A program made the position numbers and the translations under genes. A DNA stretch of 64,000 nt from Candidatus Helarchaeota archaeon (lineage in GTDB: Archaea; Asgardarchaeota; Lokiarchaeia; Helarchaeales; RDOG01): contig JAHPZH010000004.1 of assembly GCA_019058315.1 (NCBI GenBank), positions 224,001 through 288,000 on the forward strand, written 5' to 3'. The notes beneath the pieces are model-generated. The model made no database searches. It had not been told where the DNA came from and saw nothing but the letters and a program-made list of their open reading frames with translations. Of the stretch, positions 59,582 to 64,000 are shown piece after piece; position 1 is the first letter of the stretch, and every line of letters begins with the position of its first letter.

Positions 59582-60607
59582 TTATTTTCCTTGCTTAGAT
59601 TGTGTGGAAATGTATGAAATATCTGGAACTGCTTCAAGATGTGGTTTAGGTCGTAGTGCATAACGCATTTTAATTAAACGTTTGCAAGGACCGGGAACAG
59701 ATCCCTCTAAAAGGATATAATCTCCTTTAATTAAGCCGTATCTTACAAATCCGCCTTCGGGGTTGATTTCCTTCGGATCTGAACCAATTTTTAAAATTCG
59801 TTTATTATATTCGACTCGTTGGTGAAATCCCATTTGTCCAGCACGAGCAACTGTGTAGGGCACACGAGAAGGTTTCCATGCGCCAATTGCTCCCACAGCT
59901 CTTCGTGCTTTCCGAGATTTTCGCGGTAAGATTTTAATTCCAAACCGTTTCACAGGACCTTGGAAGCCTTTTCCCTTTGAAACGGCTGCAGTATCAATAA
60001 ATTGCCCTTCTTTAAATACATCAAATGCTCTAATTTCATTTCCAAGCATATCTTTAGAATATTTTATAAGTTCTTCATAGTTTCCCGCAATAGCTTTAAT
60101 TTCCATTAAATCTGGTTTCTTTTTTGGAATTGCAGCCAAACGGGGTTGTGTATATGCTAATAATCGTAATTGTAATAACTTAGAATCCTTATAAGGTTCT
60201 AATTTCTCCTCAAATTCTAATAATGATTTATCAGTATCATATTCTTTTGGTAGAGAAAAATTTCTGGATAAATCTTCATTTAATTCTCCAGCCCAAGCCT
60301 CCCCAATGGCTTTTAACCCATATTCGGTTAATTTATACGCTTTTATTGCACATATGGAAATAGGAGGTGTGTCAATAACAGTAACCGCCCTTGAAACTTC
60401 TTGTCCAAAATTTGGGTCTGTTTTTCTGTTTTCTACATATATTAAATGTGTCATGCCAGCTTTATATCCCATAAATCCTAAAATAGTCGGTGTTGTACTT
60501 TCAATTTTTGACCAAGATTTAACTCTGGCATTTGGATTACGAGCTCTTTTTCTAGGTCTGTAAGATAATGACCCATGTCTTGGTGCATGTTGCTTTCTAT
60601 GTCCCAT
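59582..60607 (-). CDS. rpl3: 50S ribosomal protein uL3
   Basis: PRHGSL..RPRKRA, GYKAGMTH, KGKGFQGPVKRFG, GQMGFHQR, GSVPGP.KR. Confidence 0.97.
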   Translation of the reverse strand: MGHRKQHAPRHGSLSYRPRKRARNPNARVKSWSKIESTTPTILGFMGYKAGMTHLIYVENRKTDPNFGQEVSRAVTVIDTPPISICAIKAYKLTEYGLKAIGEAWAGELNEDLSRNFSLPKEYDTDKSLLEFEEKLEPYKDSKLLQLRLLAYTQPRLAAIPKKKPDLMEIKAIAGNYEELIKYSKDMLGNEIRAFDVFKEGQFIDTAAVSKGKGFQGPVKRFGIKILPRKSRKARRAVGAIGAWKPSRVPYTVARAGQMGFHQRVEYNKRILKIGSDPKEINPEGGFVRYGLIKGDYILLEGSVPGPCKRLIKMRYALRPKPHLEAVPDISYISTQSKQGK

Positions 60608-60787
60608 TTGTTACATATCCTACTTTAATCATTAATTTTTTATGTTTCATTGGTTTCCTAGTATGAAGGTTTGATAATATTTCATTTAAATAATAGATTC
60701 TAATAAATAAGAATAAATTGTTTAATGTATAATGAATGATTTACTTTTTAAAAATTTAACTTAATAAAAAAAGAAAGAAATTTGGAT

Positions 60788-62095
60788 TTATTTTCTCTTT
60801 CTCTTTATTACTACGACCATTATTACTACTATAATGACTGTTACACCTATTCCCAAAATGATCCATATGGTATTTGATTCTGGCTGTTGTAAAGCTAAGA
60901 GTAGAATTAAGGGATTTGGAGGTTCTTCTGAAGTTTTCATGGAATAAAAGAAAACCCTTTGAGCTGCTCCGGCAGCAAAGTATGAACCATTCTTATTAAT
61001 TGCAACAGATAATACATCTTGTCCTGCCATTGTTGAAGTTTTAAATATTGGACTTGAACTGGAATTTTTGAATACATAAACATCTCCATTATCATTTCCA
61101 GTTACTATATACTGACCATCTGCTGAAATATCTACTGAACGGATAGGAGCTCCTGTAGAATAAGACCATCCTAGCCCTGTCTTATTACGTAGTTGGATTT
61201 GTCCACTTGCATATCCAAAAACAATATTTTCTCCATCTGCTGAAATTGCTACTGAAACGGCATCAAAAGCGGTTCCATAATCCCATACGGGAGTCGAACT
61301 AGTATTTTCAAAAAAATAAATCCTCACGTTATCAGTACTCGCAGCTATATATCTACCATCTGCTGACATTGCTACCGAAAGAACATCACCATTAGTCGTA
61401 TAATTCCAAATTGGTGTCGAACTGTCTTTATCAAAGAGTGTAACATTATTATTGTCATCTCCAGTAACAAAATATTTTCCATTCTCAGAAATATCTACAT
61501 CCTGAACTCGATCATCTGCATCATAGCTCCAAATAAAATTCTCATTAAGAATTTCATATAACATAATTTGCCCATTAGTGTCTCCTGCAACAACATAGTT
61601 TCCATCTTCTGAAATCTTAATTGAATAGCCATCATATGTTGTATTTCGCCACATCTCTTGATCGGTTCTATTAAGAAGTACTACATCTGATGTATCATCT
61701 GCTGCTGCAATATATACACCGTCTGCTGAAATATCCACATCATTGATATACCCTAGAGTTCCTCCAACATCGTAACTCCATAAAAAATTATGAGTGCTGT
61801 TAAATAGAAAAACATCTCTAGATGCAAAGCCACTATAGCCACCAGCAGCTATATAGGTGCCATTTGCCGAAATTGCCACCGAATAAGGGGCCTCACTCAT
61901 AAGATAAACCCATAAATTCTCATAGCTTGCAGAAGTTGAAAGTTTATTTTTTAAACTAGAACTAATTATTGGTATATTCCAAACTGGCTTGCAATTATTT
62001 AATGAGGATAGAGAGACTACAGAAGTCATTGCTAGAATTGTGAATAAAGAGACTAAAAGTAGAGTTTTTAATTTAAATTTCATTAATTTAAACAC
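60788..62095 (-). CDS. Secreted WD40/PQQ-like beta-propeller with C-terminal membrane anchor
   Basis: Signal-like N-terminus; repeated SVAISADG.YI..G blades; C-terminal TM helix followed by KRKRK. Confidence 0.88.
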   Translation of the reverse strand: MFKLMKFKLKTLLLVSLFTILAMTSVVSLSSLNNCKPVWNIPIISSSLKNKLSTSASYENLWVYLMSEAPYSVAISANGTYIAAGGYSGFASRDVFLFNSTHNFLWSYDVGGTLGYINDVDISADGVYIAAADDTSDVVLLNRTDQEMWRNTTYDGYSIKISEDGNYVVAGDTNGQIMLYEILNENFIWSYDADDRVQDVDISENGKYFVTGDDNNNVTLFDKDSSTPIWNYTTNGDVLSVAMSADGRYIAASTDNVRIYFFENTSSTPVWDYGTAFDAVSVAISADGENIVFGYASGQIQLRNKTGLGWSYSTGAPIRSVDISADGQYIVTGNDNGDVYVFKNSSSSPIFKTSTMAGQDVLSVAINKNGSYFAAGAAQRVFFYSMKTSEEPPNPLILLLALQQPESNTIWIILGIGVTVIIVVIMVVVIKRKRK

Positions 62096-62296
62096 CTTTG
62101 CAATGAAAAAATATCTTCTTTTTGTATTAAAGTAGGTTACTAATATTTATTGTATATTTAAATCTTTTTATCCCCTTTTTCTTCATATTATATACATTAA
62201 TACCTTTGATTCTTTAGTAAAAAGAATTAATATGGTTGTTTTACATATTAAAATACTAATATGAAACCATAATTACTAGATTTTTGACTAAATATA

Positions 62297-62704
62297 TTAA
62301 CTTAAAATTTGCACTAAAACGTTCCTTGATCTTGGTCCATCGAATTCAGCAAAAAATATAGATTGCCACGTTCCAAGTTTTAAATTTCCTTTTAATAAAG
62401 GTATAGTTTCGGAGGGTCCTATAAAAGAAGCTTTAATATGACTATGTGCATTGCCGCCATGTCTATATCCGGCACTTATTGGAATCCATTTTTTTAAAGA
62501 ATTTATCATATCTGTCATCAATCTACTTTCGGCTTCATTGATAATAATAGCAGCAGTCGTGTGGCGTGTGTAAATAAGAACAATTCCATCCGAAATTTTC
62601 GACTTGTTAATCACTTTTTGTACTTCCGATGTAATGTCAACTAATTCAATTTGATCATTACTCCTAATTTTTATCTCATCATAAAATACATTCATATCAA
62701 TCAA
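62297..62704 (-). CDS. YjbQ/UPF0047 family protein
   Basis: HTTAAIIINE, NAHSH, LGTWQSIFFAEFDGPR. Confidence 0.92.
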   Translation of the reverse strand: MIDMNVFYDEIKIRSNDQIELVDITSEVQKVINKSKISDGIVLIYTRHTTAAIIINEAESRLMTDMINSLKKWIPISAGYRHGGNAHSHIKASFIGPSETIPLLKGNLKLGTWQSIFFAEFDGPRSRNVLVQILS

Positions 62705-62740
62705 TATCCTTCTTATAGCAATTTTTCAATTCTATTTGTT

Positions 62741-63163
62741 TTATTCACCCATTATTGTTAATGTTATTTTGCGATTCCTTGGTTTTTCGTCAAATTCGCA
62801 AAAAATTATTTGTTCCCACGTTCCTAAGAGTAGTTTCTGATTTTTAAATGGGAAGGTTTGACTTGTCTTAACGAGAAAGCTTCTTACATGTCCAGCTCCA
62901 TTATGATCTCCCCAAGTTCTGTGATGTTTATAATCTCTATCATAAGGAATTATTTTTTCAAGAAATTCTTCAATATCACTTTTAACTAGACCTGGTTCGT
63001 ATTCTAAAGTAGAAATTGCTCCTGTAGAACCCCCAACATGCACATTTACGATACCATCGTTAATTCCGCTTTTTTTAATAGCCTTTCCTATATCTGAAGT
63101 AATATCAATTAGATCACAATATGCTTTTGTCTTTAAATTAATAATATCAAAAATTACCGTCAT
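62741..63163 (-). CDS. YjbQ/UPF0047 family protein, second subfamily
   Basis: GSTGAISTLEYEPGL, NGAGH, LGTWEQIIFCEFD. Confidence 0.9.
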   Translation of the reverse strand: MTVIFDIINLKTKAYCDLIDITSDIGKAIKKSGINDGIVNVHVGGSTGAISTLEYEPGLVKSDIEEFLEKIIPYDRDYKHHRTWGDHNGAGHVRSFLVKTSQTFPFKNQKLLLGTWEQIIFCEFDEKPRNRKITLTIMGE

Positions 63164-63224
63164 AATTTCTTTTTAGATATTGAGTTTTATTTAATTTTTG
63201 TAAAAATTACTAGATGAAATAGCT

Positions 63225-63536
63225 TTATTCTCTTATCATAGTTAAAAGCATTTTATATTTTTTTAGCGCTTTTAAGGCATGAGGTTCATTAGCTGGCATT
63301 ATAATCATTTCACCCTCCTTCAAGTGAATAGGTCTGCCAGAGATAGTAATTTCTACCTCACCTTCAAGTACTTGGACCATAGCATCATAAGGTGCTGTAT
63401 GCTCGCTTAAACCTTGTCCTTCATCAAATGCAAAAAGAGTAACAGTGCCAACTTTTTTATCAATAAGAGCTCGACTAACAACAGAACCTTTTTGATAATC
63501 TATAAGATCCATTAATTTTACTTTTTCTTGTGTCAT
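63225..63536 (-). CDS. Cupin domain protein
   Basis: FAFDEGQGLSEHTAP, MPANEPHAL. Confidence 0.9.
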   Translation of the reverse strand: MTQEKVKLMDLIDYQKGSVVSRALIDKKVGTVTLFAFDEGQGLSEHTAPYDAMVQVLEGEVEITISGRPIHLKEGEMIIMPANEPHALKALKKYKMLLTMIRE

Positions 63537-64000
63537 TATTCAATCAACAACTTACCCAATTCTCTTAATTTATCAAGACCCCTAATTTCTGTGGGAAATA
63601 GAGGTATATTTACTAAGGTGAAATCCTCTGCATAAATGTCTTTAATTTCAACTAAATTTCTTTGTTGCATTTCACGTCTTGAGGAACAAAAACTGCAATC
63701 CAGATTTTCGGGAAATAATTGATTTATAATTATTGCAGAGCTTGGAATCTCTACTTCATATAAATTTGATAATAGTCTTTCAGTTTCATAAATTGCCATC
63801 ATTTCAGATATCATTACAATAACAAAAGAAGTTTTTTTAGGATCTGTCAATTCTTTATTAGCATTCTCGATTACTTCTTTTAATTTTTTCATTTGATCTA
63901 ATCCATCTTCTTTATAATCCTCTCTTTTTAAAAATGCTTTCATTTTACCCCAAATCTGCCCCATTTTTAGGCGGAATGTAATCAATTTCCCAAAAAAACT
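63536..64000 (-). CDS. ArsA/Get3-family ATPase, C-terminal part (5' end outside window)
   Basis: DPKKTSFVIV..E.MAIYETERL, IIINQL, CSFC, PL...EIRG...L; frame open to the window edge. Confidence 0.88.
   Translation of the reverse strand, partial: SFFGKLITFRLKMGQIWGKMKAFLKREDYKEDGLDQMKKLKEVIENANKELTDPKKTSFVIVMISEMMAIYETERLLSNLYEVEIPSSAIIINQLFPENLDCSFCSSRREMQQRNLVEIKDIYAEDFTLVNIPLFPTEIRGLDKLRELGKLLIE

Overview
AT-rich (roughly 30% GC by eye) archaeal chromosomal segment. Gene content (Rag-like small GTPase, longin domains, two-domain RPB5-like Rpo5, SepRS, Fae-Hps, LRR and 7TM families) points to an Asgard archaeon, probably Lokiarchaeia; this is an inference. The first 15.5 kb is one uninterrupted minus-strand ORF that the ORF track misses because it runs off the left edge. 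It encodes a secreted protein of over 5150 aa with about 45 tandem 96-aa Ig-like repeats, and the many plus-strand ORFs listed there are its antisense shadows. Next come a 2-oxoacid:ferredoxin oxidoreductase operon, sepS, nfi, ribK/ribL, three tRNA genes carrying four non-canonical BHB introns, rpo5, SSB, fae-hps, apgM and hydrolases. A signalling/trafficking-rich block at 41.5-53.3 kb holds a multi-TM protein with MIT-like and adaptin-ear-like regions, a Rag-like GTPase, two tandem pairs of 7TM proteins with conserved cytoplasmic and divergent external faces, and a 3TM-longin protein. The right end holds an archaeal MutS-like gene, a wHTH / cyclin-fold / wHTH / Cys-microprotein locus around a GC-rich palindrome, an isolated rpl3-rpl4 pair, a beta-propeller, two yjbQ-like genes, a cupin and the 3' end of an ArsA/Get3 ATPase. 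No CRISPR array, rRNA or transposase was seen. All family assignments are by-eye motif recognition, not database searches.
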